Shown: one piece after another, positions 12,854 to 56,963 of the stretch
Position numbering within the stretch: the first letter of the stretch is position 1
Layout: each line of letters opens with the position of its first letter
Source of the DNA: Eledone cirrhosa
Taxonomy: Eukaryota
Direction of reading: 5' to 3'
Length of the DNA stretch: 64,000 nucleotides
NCBI GenBank assembly: GCA_964016885.1
Contig: OZ024756.1
Location: 28,148,001 to 28,212,000, forward strand
Made by a program: the position numbers and the translations under genes
The notes under the pieces: model-generated
What the model was told of the DNA's origin: nothing
Database searches by the model: none
The model's input: only the letters and a program-made list of their open reading frames with translations

Positions 12854-14329
12854 GGAACGAGTAGGACCCCGACGGCTGAGCTCAAGCCGTTTCGACGGCT
12901 AATTCTGGACATATATATATATAACTATAATAACAATAATAATAAATGTGAAGACTAAAATCCAAAGAGGGCTTGCTAAGGATGATATATATATAAATAC
13001 ATATATATACAGGGCTGGCCATTGAAGAAACAATACCACACGTTCGAACAGCCCCCTGTATCATGAAAAGAAAATCTTTTTCGGGGAAATTATTGGACTT
13101 TTCCAAATTTAAGGGTTTATTAGGAACTTTCAATGTTTATTTAAGGTTTTGCCATCTGAAGAGCTCAGGCTATCTAAACTGATAGTCCTCAGTGAAATAT
13201 GTATAACGGAGTTTTAAATAAACCTGAACTAACTGAATATAGCTATCTTTTATTAATATGTATATATATACTCATTACTATTATCATTTTCGCCTAGCCT
13301 TTATAATTAATTAATTAGTTAATCAATTGATTAATTGGTTGATTGATTGTTTAATTGTTTGTTTGAAAACCTAGTTAAGAGCTTACTTGGAAGCTGTAAA
13401 TAAATCCTTTGTTCATACTTTTGAATGTACCTACCAAAAATTACCAAACTGACCTTCCTCTTTTTGAGAAAGGGCCTGTAACCTCATCTGCAAATTTACT
13501 ACTACAGTCGAATGGCAGTGTTTTCTCAGAACCCAATGGTAGTGAATACTCAGAACGAAAAACCTGTTGACGAAGGGAAATCCCTGTTTCATCTTAGAAT
13601 GCATTACTGACTTGCATATACATTACGCAACTTGGATTGTAACTCTCGGATTCCCAGAAACCTATTGAACATATTGATTAATATGTATGGTCCAGGTTCA
13701 GGTTCATCTTTAACCTGTTTGTATTTTTGTTGTTGTAGTATTAACGTGGTAACATGCTTCTGGTCACATTATTCATTGTGTCACTATTACCTAACTTCTT
13801 GTGTTCACTCTGAGGAGAAATTTATTACTCTTTCATTGAGTGCTTTGTGGCAGTCTTTGAAGATCGAGGCTGATCTACTACTTGCAGCTACAACTTCAAT
13901 TATACTCATTACTATTATATATATATTTATATATATCATCATCATCATTTTACATCCGCCCTTCCCTGCTCGCAAGGGTGGAACGGGTCTTATTCAGCTA
14001 CAACCCTTATCGAGTCCTCTCCGGGTTTTTGTTTTTGTATTTATTATATATATATAAAATTGTTCTTCCCACTTCACATAATGATGTAATTCTCCTTGCA
14101 TACATTTCCCTCATCTGAAGAGAACTTTCTCACACACTACTACTATGTCTTCCTGTTTTCTAAATATTAGTTACGATATCTAGTTGTAACTTTTTTTAAT
14201 ATTTACTTGTGCACCTACAGATTGATATTTTTCAGTTTCAGATGATCCCACTTAGGGAGAAAGCAGAAATCCATTGCTTAAACTTATAATCTGTACTAAT
14301 AATAAATATATATATATTGGATGTGCAAT

Positions 14330-14678
14330 GTAAGTATGAGAGAAAGGCAAAGGTTAGATGGGGGAGGGTTTAGAAGCAGGGTTTAAGAAGAATCTGAGGC
14401 GGTGTGGAGAGAAGACTGCATTGGCATGGACATATGATATGCATAGACAATGACTGATGAGTGAAGAAATGTCAGAAAATCCCAGTGGAAGGAAGCTGCA
14501 GTTGAGGACGACCAAGAAAGACCTGGGCAGAGGTTATGAGAACTGATCTCAAATTGCTAAGACTGGCAGAGGAGATGACGAGGAAATGTCACATGTAGAG
14601 AGATGTCGTGCTGAGAAGGACGCGTCCAACCCATGCAAACGTAGAAAAACAGACGTAAAATTGATGATGATGATGATA
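14330..14678 (+). mobile_element. Decayed RTE LINE 3' end
   Basis: RRLHWHGHM...GRPRKTW remnants and a gacgtaaaattgatgatgatgat tail. Confidence 0.75.
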
Positions 14679-14826
14679 TAAATATATATATATATATTTA
14701 TATATTGTTATATTTGGGGATGAAAGGCTAAGTTAACCTTGGCATGATTTGAACTAAGAACACAAAGGGCCATAACTCTATGCTTGCAAAGCATGGTGTC
14801 TGATGCTCTAACGATACTGGGTGTAA

Positions 14827-17614
14827 TAATGTGTCAGCTTCAGCCATTGGTCATCCAAAGTAATGTGTCAGCTTCAGCCATTGGTCATCCAAAGTAATGT
14901 GCCAGCTTCAGCCATTGGTCATCCAAAGTAATGTGCCAGCTTCAGCCATTGGTCATCAAAAGTAATGTGTCAGCTTCAGCCATTGGTCATCAAAAGTAAT
15001 GTGTCAGCTTCAGCCATCGGTCATCAAAAGTAATGTGTCAGCTTCAGCCATTGGTCATCAAAAGTAATGTGTCAGCTTCAGCCATTGGTCATCCAAAGTA
15101 ATGTGTCAGCTTCAGCCATTGGTCATCCAAAGTAATGTGTCAGCTTCAGCCATTGGTCATCAAAAGTAATGTGTCAGCTTCAGCCATCGGTCATCAAAAG
15201 TAATGTGTCAGCTTCAGCCATTGGTCATCAAAAGTAATGTGTCAGCTTCAGCCATTGGTCATCCAAAGTAATGTGTCAGCTTCAGCCATTGGTCATCCAA
15301 AGTAATGTGTCAGCTTCAGCCATTGGTCATCAAAAGTAATGTGTCAGCTTCAGCCATTGGTCATCAAAAGTAATGTGTCAGCTTCAGCCATTGGTCATCA
15401 AAAGTAATGTGTCAGCTTCAGCCATTGGTCATCCAAAGTAATGTGTCAGCTTCAGCCATTGGTCATCCAAAGTAATGTGTCAGCTTCAGCCATTGGTCAT
15501 CCAAAGTAATGTGTCAGCTTCAGCCATTGGTCATCAAAAGTAATGTGTCAGCTTCAGCCATTGGTCATCAAAAGTAATGTGTCAGCTTCAGCCATTGGTC
15601 ATCCAAAGTAATGTGTCAGCTTCAGCCATTGGTCATCAAAAGTAATGTGTCAGCTTCAGCCATTGGTCATCCAAAGTAATGTGTCAGCTTCAGCCATTGG
15701 TCATCCAAAGTAATGTGTCAGCTTCAGCCATTGGTCATCAAAAGTAATGTGTCAGCTTCAGCCATTGGTCATCCAAAGTAATGTGTCAGCTTCAGCCATT
15801 GGTCATCCAAAGTAATGTGCCAGCTTCAGCCATTGGTCATCAAAAGTAATGTGCCAGCTTCAGCCATTGGTCATCAAAAGTAATGTGTCAGCTTCAGCCA
15901 TTGGTCATCAAAAGTAATGTGTCAGCTTCAGCCATTGGTCATCCAAAGTAATGTGCCAGCTTCAGCCATCGGTCATCAAAAGTAATGTGTCAGCTTCAGC
16001 CATTGGTCATCAAAAGTAATGTGCCAGCTTCAGCCATCGGTCATCAAAAGTAATGTGCCAGCTTCAGCCATCGGTCATCAAAAGTAATGTGTCAGCTTCA
16101 GCCATCGGTCATCAAAAGTAATGTGTCAGCTTCAGCCATTGGTCATCAAAAGTAATGTGTCAGCTTCAGCCATTGGTCATCAAAAGTAATGTGTCAGCTT
16201 CAGCCATTGGTCATCCAAAGTAATGTGTCAGCTTCAGCCATTGGTCATCCAAAGTAATGTGTCAGCTTCAGCCATTGGTCATCCAAAGTAATGTGCCAGC
16301 TTCAGCCATTGGTCATCCAAAGTAATGTGTCAGCTTCAGCCATTGGTCATCCAAAGTAATGTGCCAGCTTCAGCCATTGGTCATCCAAAGTAATGTGTCA
16401 GCTTCAGCCATTGGTCATCAAAAGTAATGTGCCAGCTTCAGCCATCGGTCATCAAAAGTAATGTGTCAGCTTCAGCCATTGGTCATCAAAAGTAATGTGT
16501 CAGCTTCAGCCATTGGTCATCAAAAGTAATGTGTCAGCTTCAGCCATCGGTCATCCAAAGTAATGTGTCAGCTTCAGCCATCGGTCATCCAAAGTAATGT
16601 GCCAGCTTCAGCCATTGGTCATCCAAAGTAATGTGCCAGCTTCAGCCATCGGTCATCAAAAGTAATGTGTCAGCTTCAGCCATTGGTCATCAAAAGTAAT
16701 GTGTCAGCTTCAGCCATCGGTCATCAAAAGTAATGTGTCAGCTTCAGCCATTGGTCATCAAAAGTAATGTGTCAGCTTCAGCCATCGGTCATCAAAAGTA
16801 ATGTGTCAGCTTCAGCCATTGGTCATCCAAAGTAATGTGTCAGCTTCAGCCATTGGTCATCAAAAGTAATGTGTCAGCTTCAGCCATCGGTCATCCAAAG
16901 TAATGTGTCAGCTTCAGCCATTGGTCATCAAAAGTAATGTGTCAGCTTCAGCCATTGGTCATCAAAAGTAATGTGTCAGCTTCAGCCATCGGTCATCAAA
17001 AGTAATGTGTCAGCTTCAGCCATTGGTCATCAAAAGTAATGTGTCAGCTTCAGCCATTGGTCATCCAAAGTAATGTGCCAGCTTCAGCCATTGGTCATCA
17101 AAAGTAATGTGTCAGCTTCAGCCATTGGTCATCAAAAGTAATGTGTCAGCTTCAGCCATTGGTCATCCAAAGTAATGTGTCAGCTTCAGCCATTGGTCAT
17201 CCAAAGTAATGTGCCAGCTTCAGCCATTGGTCATCAAAAGTAATGTGTCAGCTTCAGCCATTGGTCATCAAAAGTAATGTGTCAGCTTCAGCCATCGGTC
17301 ATCCAAAGTAATGTGCCAGCTTCAGCCATTGGTCATCCAAAGTAATGTGTCAGCTTCAGCCATTGGTCATCAAAAGTAATGTGCCAGCTTCAGCCATCGG
17401 TCATCCAAAGTAATGTGTCAGCTTCAGCCATTGGTCATCCAAAGTAATGTGTCAGCTTCAGCCATTGGTCATCCAAAGTAATGTGCCAGCTTCAGCCATT
17501 GGTCATCAAAAGTAATGTGCCAGCTTCAGCCATTGGTCATCCAAAGTAATGTGTCAGCTTCAGCCATCGGTCATCAAAAGTAATGTGTCAGCTTCAGCCA
17601 TTGGTCATCAAAAG
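14827..17614. repeat. 34-bp minisatellite, 82 copies, with three biallelic positions
   Basis: Unit taatgtg[t/c]cagcttcagccat[t/c]ggtcatc[c/a]aaag; 2788 bp = 82 x 34. Confidence 0.97.
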
Positions 17615-18179
17615 TGAGGAAGGTGTAAAAACAAATCGCGTTATCTATTGTCATGAATCTTGGATAATGACTGAAGAATATGACAACAAATACAAGCGGT
17701 CGAAATGGGTTTTTTCCGAAGGGTCATTAGAGTAATGTTACTCGATAGGGTACGTAACTTGAAGATCAGGAAGTCACTCCAGATAGAGCTGCTACTTCTC
17801 CATATAAAGAGATGACAGTTCTGGTACCTATGGACATGTCATTAGAATGTCTATGGAAAGAATGTCTATGGAAAGAATGTCTATGGACTGTTTTTACAGA
17901 AAAAGCCAGCCAGCCAGAAGAATAGTTAAAATCCTACTGAAATTAGCTTTGCTTTCATCCTTATGAGGTCAATAAAATAATTGTTTCTAGATTTTGGCAC
18001 AAGGCCAGCAAATACCCAGTGCATTACTGGTACTTTATTTTATCGATCCCTCGTAAGGATGAAAGGCAAAGTTAACCTCGGCGGGATTCTAAAATAATGT
18101 ACCAGTAATGCACTGAGTCTGTTTAATCGATTTTCCCCTCTCCCCAAAAATGGTTGGCCTTATGCCAGCCCTAGATCCA

Positions 18180-18370
18180 GATGGAGAGAGGGATGAGAGA
18201 GAGAAAAAGGAAAGATAGAGAGAGTGAAAGAATTGAAGAGTGAGAAAGAAAAATATATAGAGAAACAAAAAACAGGAGATATACTGAGAATAACAGAGAG
18301 AGGGCGAGAGTGAGAGAGTGACTAATATAAAGGAGAGAAATAAAGAGAGATAATAAGAAAAGAGAAAAGC

Positions 18371-18454
<84 letters not shown>

Positions 18455-18740
18455 TATAGACAGAGGAGATAGAGAGTGAGTGAGAAAAGAGAAATATATA
18501 GACAGGGGAGAGAGAGAGAGTGAGTGAGTGAGAAACGAGAACGCTATAGAGATAGTAGAGGAGAGAGAGAGATTGAGTGAGTGAGAAAAGAGAAAGTTAT
18601 AGCTAGAGGAGAGAGTGAGTGAGTGAGAAAAGAGAAAGTTATAGCTAGAGGAGAGAGTGAGTGAGTGAGAAAAGAGAAAGATATAGACAGAGGAGAGAGA
18701 GAGAGAGAGTGACAAAAGAGAAAGCTATAGACGTGGAGAG
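18180..18740. repeat. (GA)n and GA-rich degenerate repeat
   Basis: Directly visible purine-rich tract. Confidence 0.9.
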
Positions 18741-20178
18741 ACGCAGTCATTCACATCGTGCATTAAGCGACACCTAGCGAGATGTAGTGAAGTAATATTA
18801 GCAACAAAACAAACATGGACGATAGTTATCTCCAAATGTTTCATACGTTCCAGAAATCACGGGTTCGTTGTAAAAAGTCTTTGTTTCATTTACTTATGCT
18901 TATTTATTTTATTTATTTTGAAGACTGAATGGAGTTATATTTAAATTTGCATCTAATTTCTTGAGCTTTTAATTCTATTTTACCTTTTGTTTTCTGTTTT
19001 GCTATTGTTTTAAACACTCTTCGATGATAAGGAAATTGCTATTCAATAACAATACAGATTTCTAATATAGTCGTGTGGAGGAGTGCTGCCTGGGCACGAG
19101 GCCAGTCATTTGGTGGTTGGGTATGCGTGGAGAAAGGTACAATGATTTAATCGAAACCCCCCCCCCCCCCCCAAGTGCTTTTTTTTTCTTCTTCTTTTTC
19201 TGTGGATCCCTGCCAAGTCGACCTTTTGGGGGCGGGGGTGGTCTATATGTCACTACCTCCTTACTTTTCAATGTTGCACCCTCAGATTTAGAAAAAAGGT
19301 TACAATGATACACTTATTCCGAAAACTCTGCCTTAGAATTATTGTGAATTAGAATGTCTACCTAGAATGTTCCGAAGCTCCCCTCCCTCCGCGACACTCT
19401 CCTCCAACAACAAATTCTGGTGACGGGGCCTTCTCGGGAGGGGGGGGGGGGGAGGTTTCACCTCAGAATGTCAAGAAAAAAGCGTAAAACACCGTTAACT
19501 TATTTATAATGAGGGTTTTATTAGAGGCACAAGGTCACAGGTTTTATTGGAGAGAGTTATTTATCTCGGTACTTGACTGGTACTTTCTTTTATATCGACT
19601 CGAGAAGGATGAAAGGCAAAGTTAACCTCGGAGGTGATTTGAACTCGCATTGTGTATGTCCGGCGCTCGAATTTTTCTCATTCGTTCCACAATAAAGATT
19701 ATTTGTCTTGGTTTGGTCATGGTCATGACAACCTCAGGGCAGCCCCAATCTTGCAAAACTGAGCAAAGACGTTTTATCAGAAGACATCCCATCATTATAT
19801 CAGACAGACCTTTCTTTATGTTAGACTTAAAGGAAGTTTGGCTATTACTTCTAGCAGTTCGAGAGACCAAGTAGAGGCATCATTGATGGTTATGTAGAAA
19901 TGTTATTCCATTTTATTGTGATCATTTCCATTCTTTTCGTGTGTTGCGATCGCCTACATTCATCATTGCTGTTGCTATTTCGTGAAGAAATTTTACCGAA
20001 GTTGCCTTTCTTTCAACAGCTGTTATTCCACAGCTGTTATTTAGTTGAGTGTGAAAACGGGTCCTGCAATAATTACCTTTATAAGAAAATATGAGGTCAT
20101 GTGACACCCACTTTGTGCTAACTTTAACAGGGAAATGGTAATATGATATATTTTCCTCCCTACCTATTTCTCTCACAG

Positions 20179-20187
20179 TGAAACAAG

Positions 20188-20190
<3 letters not shown>
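20179..20190 (+). CDS. 12-nt micro-exon supplying the start ATG (20188-20190)
   Basis: ttttcctccctacctatttctctcacag|TGAAACAAGATG|gtcagt: strong acceptor and donor. A phase-0 join to exon 2 gives MVNRSTIW. Confidence 0.6.
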
Positions 20191-50916
<30,726 letters not shown>

Positions 50917-51509
50917 TGTATTAAAATATGTCTGTTTGTTGTTATTATTATTGATGTTGTTATTGTAAATATTTATTTTGTTATTTTAAAGTTTGAGAAT
51001 TGGAAAATCTGTACTACAATAGAATAGAAACAATGCCTTGTAGTATTTAATTTTTTCCCTTTCTGTTTTAAGTTCAAATCCTACCAAGATTTCCATTCTT
51101 GTGATGTTGATAAAATCTGTACTAAGCAAATATTGGGTGTTTGATACAATTAATGCTACCCCCATCTCCCAAAATTGGAGTACTTGTTCTTATGTTATAG
51201 ATCTTTAATTATGGAAAAGAGTGGGTAGTAGAATTGTTAAAACACTAGTGGAAATACCTTCTTCTATCTTCTTGCAGTGTTTAATTTCTGAGTTCAAATC
51301 CTGCTAGAATCATCTTATTGGGATATAGTGCGTACCTTGGAGATTAGGGAATCGTTGCAGGTAGAGCCACTACTTCTCCGAATTGAGAAATCATAGCTCT
51401 GATATTATGGCCAACTGGTTAGAATGTCTAAGAAAAGAATCACTGGACAGATTTTATGGGCAAAACCAACTGGCAAGAGACCCAAGGGTAGACTCCATTA
51501 ACTCGGTTG

Positions 51510-51800
51510 GTCTTGCTTGGGGATTGAGCCAGATCAATTGTAGATGGTTGCTTCTGACAAGAGCCACTGGAAGATGTGCTTTATGCTGTGTGGTATATAG
51601 TTCAGGGGAGGGTCCAAGAGTGCCTGCTACAGGTTCTACCACAACTGAGAGCAACTGATACTTGAAAGAGTCTGGGGTGGTAGCCGAACACACCAAGTTG
51701 CCATGAGAGAAGGTAATTTCTTTCAGCTTTACTCAAGGTACATACAACATACGGTGTTGCCTTTTCAGTGCCATCTGGTAATACATGTGGTATGACCATA
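51510..51800 (-). mobile_element. Gypsy LTR pol remnant
   Basis: VIPHVLPDGTEKATPYVVCTLSKAERNY matches the RT/RNase H motif SHxxPDGxEKPIAYASRTLSxAERNY. Confidence 0.65.
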
Positions 51801-52415
51801 ATCAAGTATCTGTGGCTAGTATTATTTCTAATTTTGGGTCGTAATGGATTAGTAATAAATCAGATTATAATTCTTTTGCTTCCTCAAAAGCTTACAAGCA
51901 TGCTGGCATCAAGTTCTGTTTTGTGTCTTTATGAAGAACATAGTTTAAACCAGCTGCTCATACTTATGTTAAGGTATTGTTCTCAAAATATTCGATATTA
52001 TGTGAGGTAAAGCCTTTACTGTGATAATACAATAGTAAATATAGAGTAATGTAAATGCTAAACGGTTAAAGGTTTGCACAGACAATACAGGGAAGGTAGG
52101 AACACTCAGTAATAACTCCGAAGTTTAAAAATCGACCTCAACTTGTTGATAACTTATGGAAGTGTAAGTTTCAGAATAGCTGCTATGTTTACAGGGTTTG
52201 GTTTATGACCATCTTTGTCTATAATAAAAGATATTTTATTGATGTCATTAAAAAATTGCATTTGACCAATCATATTTGAAAGCCAAATGAATTCTGCTAC
52301 TGCCCACTTTCCTCTATCTTTCTATTTAATTTCTCGTTCTAATTTCTAAGGCAAGACCAGTACCTGAAACATTAAGACACTTGCTCCTATAGTATGTGTG
52401 TGTGTGTCTGTATAT

Positions 52416-52447
<32 letters not shown>

Positions 52448-52748
52448 TTTACGTCCGCTTTTCCCTGCTTGCAAGGGTGGGACGGGTCTTATTCAGCACA
52501 GCATCTCTCCACTCGTCACGGTCCCTCGTCATCTCCACCGTGAGCTTCAGCGATCTGAGGTCTGTTCTCACCACCTCCGCCCATGTTTTTCGTGGTCTAC
52601 CTCTACCACGTCTTCCCTCAACTGGCATTTCCTGGCACTTCTTCACCCATCGGTCATCCTCCATGCGCATCACATGTCCATACCACCTCAGTCTCCTCTC
52701 CCGTACACTACATTCTATCCCTCTCAGACACAGTTTCTCTCTCAACAC

Positions 52749-52779
<31 letters not shown>

Positions 52780-53180
52780 ATCAAAAGGTTTCTCTCAGCG
52801 TACAAAAGGAACGTTGTACGATGCTGCATGGGTGGTGACTGCAGAGGGCATGAGTAGAGTAGAAAGAAATGAAGCAACCATGTTTCGTTGGATGTGCAAT
52901 ATACATGTGAGAGAAAGGATGAGCTGGGTATAAGGGGAATCCAAGATGGTGTGCAGGAGAGAAGACTGCATTAGTATGGACAATGACCGATGGGTGAAGA
53001 AATCCCAGTGGAAGGAAGCTGAGGTAGGGGATGACCATGAAAGAACTGGGCAGAGGTTGTGAGAGCTGACTGGAAGAGGAGATGACAAGTGGAGAGAGGC
53101 CGTTCTGAGAAGGATCTGTCCAACCCATGCTAGCATAGATAAGCAGACAAAAACGATGATGGTGATGATGATGATGATTA
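52416..53180. mobile_element. Two RTE 3' fragments, minus (52416-52750) and plus (52790-53180)
   Basis: [14 protein letters not shown]...GRPRKTW on the minus strand; a decayed plus copy ends in (gat)n. Confidence 0.85.
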
Positions 53181-53871
53181 TATATAATAATAATTGTTTC
53201 TACTTTTGGCATAAGGCCAGCAATTACCCAGTACATTACTGGTACTTTATTTTATCAACCCCCGTAAGGATGAAAGGCAAAGTTAACCACGATGAGATTT
53301 GAACTCAGACTGTAAAGGGACGTAACTATGCTGGAAAGATGGAGTCCAACCCTCTACACTGCCAATTCACCTTAATAATAATAATGTATATATTATATAT
53401 ATAACGAAGGAGTTGTGGTAAGGAACCAGATGGACCATAACGCACCAGAGTACTCAATACTTAGTGTAGTGGAGTGGGTAATAGGAAAAAGTATGACCCC
53501 CCGGCGGCAGAGCTCAAGCCGTTTCGACGGCTATTTCTGGACTGAATTAGCCGTTGGGGTCATACATTTTCCTATATATATATATATATATATATTATCA
53601 CCGTTTTACTGATTCTGGCTTGATTTCTACGGCTGGATGCCTTTCCTAACACCAACCTCATTTACAGTGAGTGCTGGGTGCTTTTCCTCCATGGCGATAT
53701 ATATTTATAGTAGGTGGTGAATTGGTAGAGTCGTTAAAACGGTGGATAGAATGCTTTCTAGTATTCATTCCGGCTCTTTGCTCTCTGAGTTCAAATCCCG
53801 CTGAGGTCAACTTTGCCATTCATGGTCGATTAAAAAAAAAAAGTACCAGTCAAATATTAGGTTCGATTCTT

Positions 53872-53921
<50 letters not shown>

Positions 53922-54051
53922 TCTCTGGAAGAAATCTACAGAATTCAGGCCTGGAGAGGAGATGGGTTCTGCCAGGTTTAAAAAGTGCCCTAGAAACGCT
54001 GCATATCGATATGGTTACCCTATGACTCCTCAGGAGTTACGGGACCATACC

Positions 54052-54083
<32 letters not shown>

Positions 54084-54516
54084 GAGTGTGCGTGTGTGTG
54101 TAGGAATGAGGGCGTGTGTGCGAGTGGGATTGTAGGCAACTGACCATTTCAGTAGAGCTACCAGTGAATAGGCATTGTTACCTTAAAAATCAGGAGTGTG
54201 TGTCCCCCTCCCCCAAGTGTGAACCTTGGACCAAAGAATGACAGAACTTGGATTCTTGGAGAAAGAACTCGGCTCTTTTATTCATAAGCTACAAATGGCC
54301 GTTATATCTGGAACCTTCAAAATCTGTAAAACATTCTTATGATTCAAAGTATGAAGGATTGCACAAAAGAGACGACAAAAATTTCCTTTTCTTTAGAGCC
54401 TTGCCTCTGGAAATGTGGCTTGTCAATAAATTCAAAACAAAGAGAAATATATATATATATACATACATGAGGGCTGCCCCCTCGTTAGCGACTATGGCCA
54501 TTGCACGATATGACAT

Positions 54517-55540
54517 TCATCATCATCATCATCACCGTTTTACGTCCGTTCTTCCACGCTAGCATGGGTTAGACGGGTTGTCCTGTTGTGGGCAATGTCT
54601 GGTCGGCTGACCATGCCTTGCTCATACAGGAACTGATCTGGCTTGATTTCTACAGCTGGATGCCCTTCCTAACACCAACCTCATTTACAGTGAGTGCTGG
54701 GTGCTTTTTCGTGGCGCCTACACGTCCACTTTACAGTGTGGGCTGGGTGCTTTTTTGCCGTGGCACCTCCACGACCACCTTGCGGTGGGGGGGGAGGGGC
54801 ATATTGTTTATATGCTTCAGCATGTACCCATGGGAGGTCGGGTACCCTGTATTACTGCGTGACGCCAGAAGTCACGGTCGTGTGTCATTGACTTTGAGAG
54901 GTGTAGTTGGGTAAGGTCGGCTTTTATCACCTCATCCCAAGTCATCTTGGGTCTCCCCACTCCGCGGTTTCCATCAACTTCTAGTGCTCTGCACCTTTTT
55001 ATGCAGCTGTCATCCTTCATACGCATCACATGTCCATACCAGCGTAACCGCCTCTCCTGCACGCAGCATTTGATTCCTCTTATGCTCAGTCTCTCTCTCA
55101 ATTCGTTTATGCTTTGTCGTTCACGTATATTACTGTTACACATCCATCGGAGCATGCAGGCTTCGTTTCTCTCTAATCTACGTAAGTCTTCCACCTTCAG
55201 CGCCCAGGTCTCACTACCATGCAACATCGCTGTTCGGATACACGCATCATACAGTCTGCCTTTCATTCTGAGGGAGAAGCCTTTTGCAGCTAGCAGTGGT
55301 AGTAGTTCCCTAAACTTCTTCCATCCCGTTCTTACCCTAGTTATTGTACTTTCTGAGCACCCACCTCCGTTGCTAATTCGGTCACCTAGGTAGCAGAAGC
55401 TGTCTACTGTTTCTACAGGGCCCTCCCAGAGATTGGTGGTACTTGTTTCCTGTGGCTGTTTGCTTGCTGTTTCAGCACAGCTGCTGCATGTGAATCCTAC
55501 ATTCTTAATTAAGCTTCCTGAGATCCCGCTACATCTCTTA
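54517..55540 (-). mobile_element. Young 5'-truncated RTE LINE
   Basis: ETVDSFCYLGD...GWKKFRELLPLL...[12 protein letters not shown] with a (tca)n tail. Confidence 0.93.
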
Positions 55541-55607
55541 TTAATAATTATTAATTAATTCTATTAATTCTCTTATTAATAATTATTAATTAATTCTATC
55601 ATGAATA

Positions 55608-56102
55608 GCCTGTGTGTGAAGATTTTTGTTTAAAGTGAGGAAAGACTGTGCACTGAGCCAATCCCATTCTCTGAGCGACAGTAGCTATAACTCGAAAAGA
55701 TCAACATCATCGGTAACTACTGAGCTGCAGGTTTTATGTCGGAGTTATCCCAGTTTCCTGAGTTGCCTTCTAGAAGAATGTCCTGACAAAGGCTAGGGGT
55801 CCTTCACTGCCAGTGGTTTAACCACGCGATCGGGTATCCAGCTCAATTATTTCTATTTCCCCGCGCATATACATACGCATGAATACATGTATATACACAT
55901 GCATACATGTATATAAATATTTACACATTTTTGGATAGCCGTTCACTCTTATGAGTTCTGCCCTTTGTCAGGTTTAGTTTTTTGTACTGCAGGGTGTCCA
56001 AAATCACCAACCTCACCAAGTAAACTTGGTGGGGTTGCCAGTTTAGTTGCCGACGACCTGACCATGCGAGAGGTTGTCCTGGGTTACATGTTACCAGTAG
56101 CA
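55608..56102 (-). mobile_element. Dispersed repeat resembling an RTE 5' UTR; inverted partner at 58448-58952
   Basis: About 500 bp of reverse-complement similarity, including agaaggcaactcaggaaac. A related partial copy lies at 56440-56830. Confidence 0.6.
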
Positions 56103-56292
56103 CCCAAGAGGGACTCGACACAATATATACACATATATATATATATACATACATACACACACACGTATATATATATACATATACATACATATATATATAT
56201 ATATATTAGGTATAGGATTAATGTCGCATAACTAGGCTGTATAAGCACAGAATAAATTACCTTTTTATGATGTCTACCTGTTATTATTCATT

Positions 56293-56327
<35 letters not shown>

Positions 56328-56963
56328 CATACATACATATATGATGGCTGCGAACTCTGTTAAGAGTACTGCAATCGCTTTTCAGATTATAGAGTTTGGT
56401 GCACTTTTAGCCTACGGCCAGCCACACAAACCTGTAACATATCCTGAACAAGCAATGCCTGTGCTTTGAAGGTTTTTTTAAGTGGGGAAAGGCCTTGCAC
56501 TCGAACAATCCCACTCTCTGAGCATCGAAAACACTAGCCGAATAGGAGAACTGATCAACATCATCAGATGCTTCCAAAGCCGCAGGTTTTTTTGTTTTTT
56601 TTTTATAGTTTCCCTTTCCTAGAAAGGTGTTGCGACAACAACTGAGGGCCTTTCACTCCCAGGTGGGGAAAAAAAAAGATTTAAAAAAAAAAAAAAAAAA
56701 AGTATTATTTTGATGGCCGTTGACTCTGCTGAGTTCCTGTCTTTCATCCCGCAGGGTGTCGTCCAAATATCAGCCTCCTCACCAAGCAAGCTTGGTGGGG
56801 TTGCCGGTTTAGTCACCGATGACCCGACTATACATACATACACATACACACACACACTAGCACACTCACATACATACATACATGCATAGGTATTTTTATT
56901 TGAATATAAACGATTGTTGTTGAGAAACTGGAATGCAGACTTATATGAATCATTGTCCTTACC

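Noticed and set aside
14827-17614. CRISPR-like 34-bp periodicity
   Set aside because: Units are contiguous with no unique spacers, there are no cas genes, and the context is eukaryotic.
55990-56125. Possible HDV-like ribozyme in the RTE 5'-UTR-like repeat
   Set aside because: I could not build P1/P3/P1.1 pairings; a covariance search is needed.
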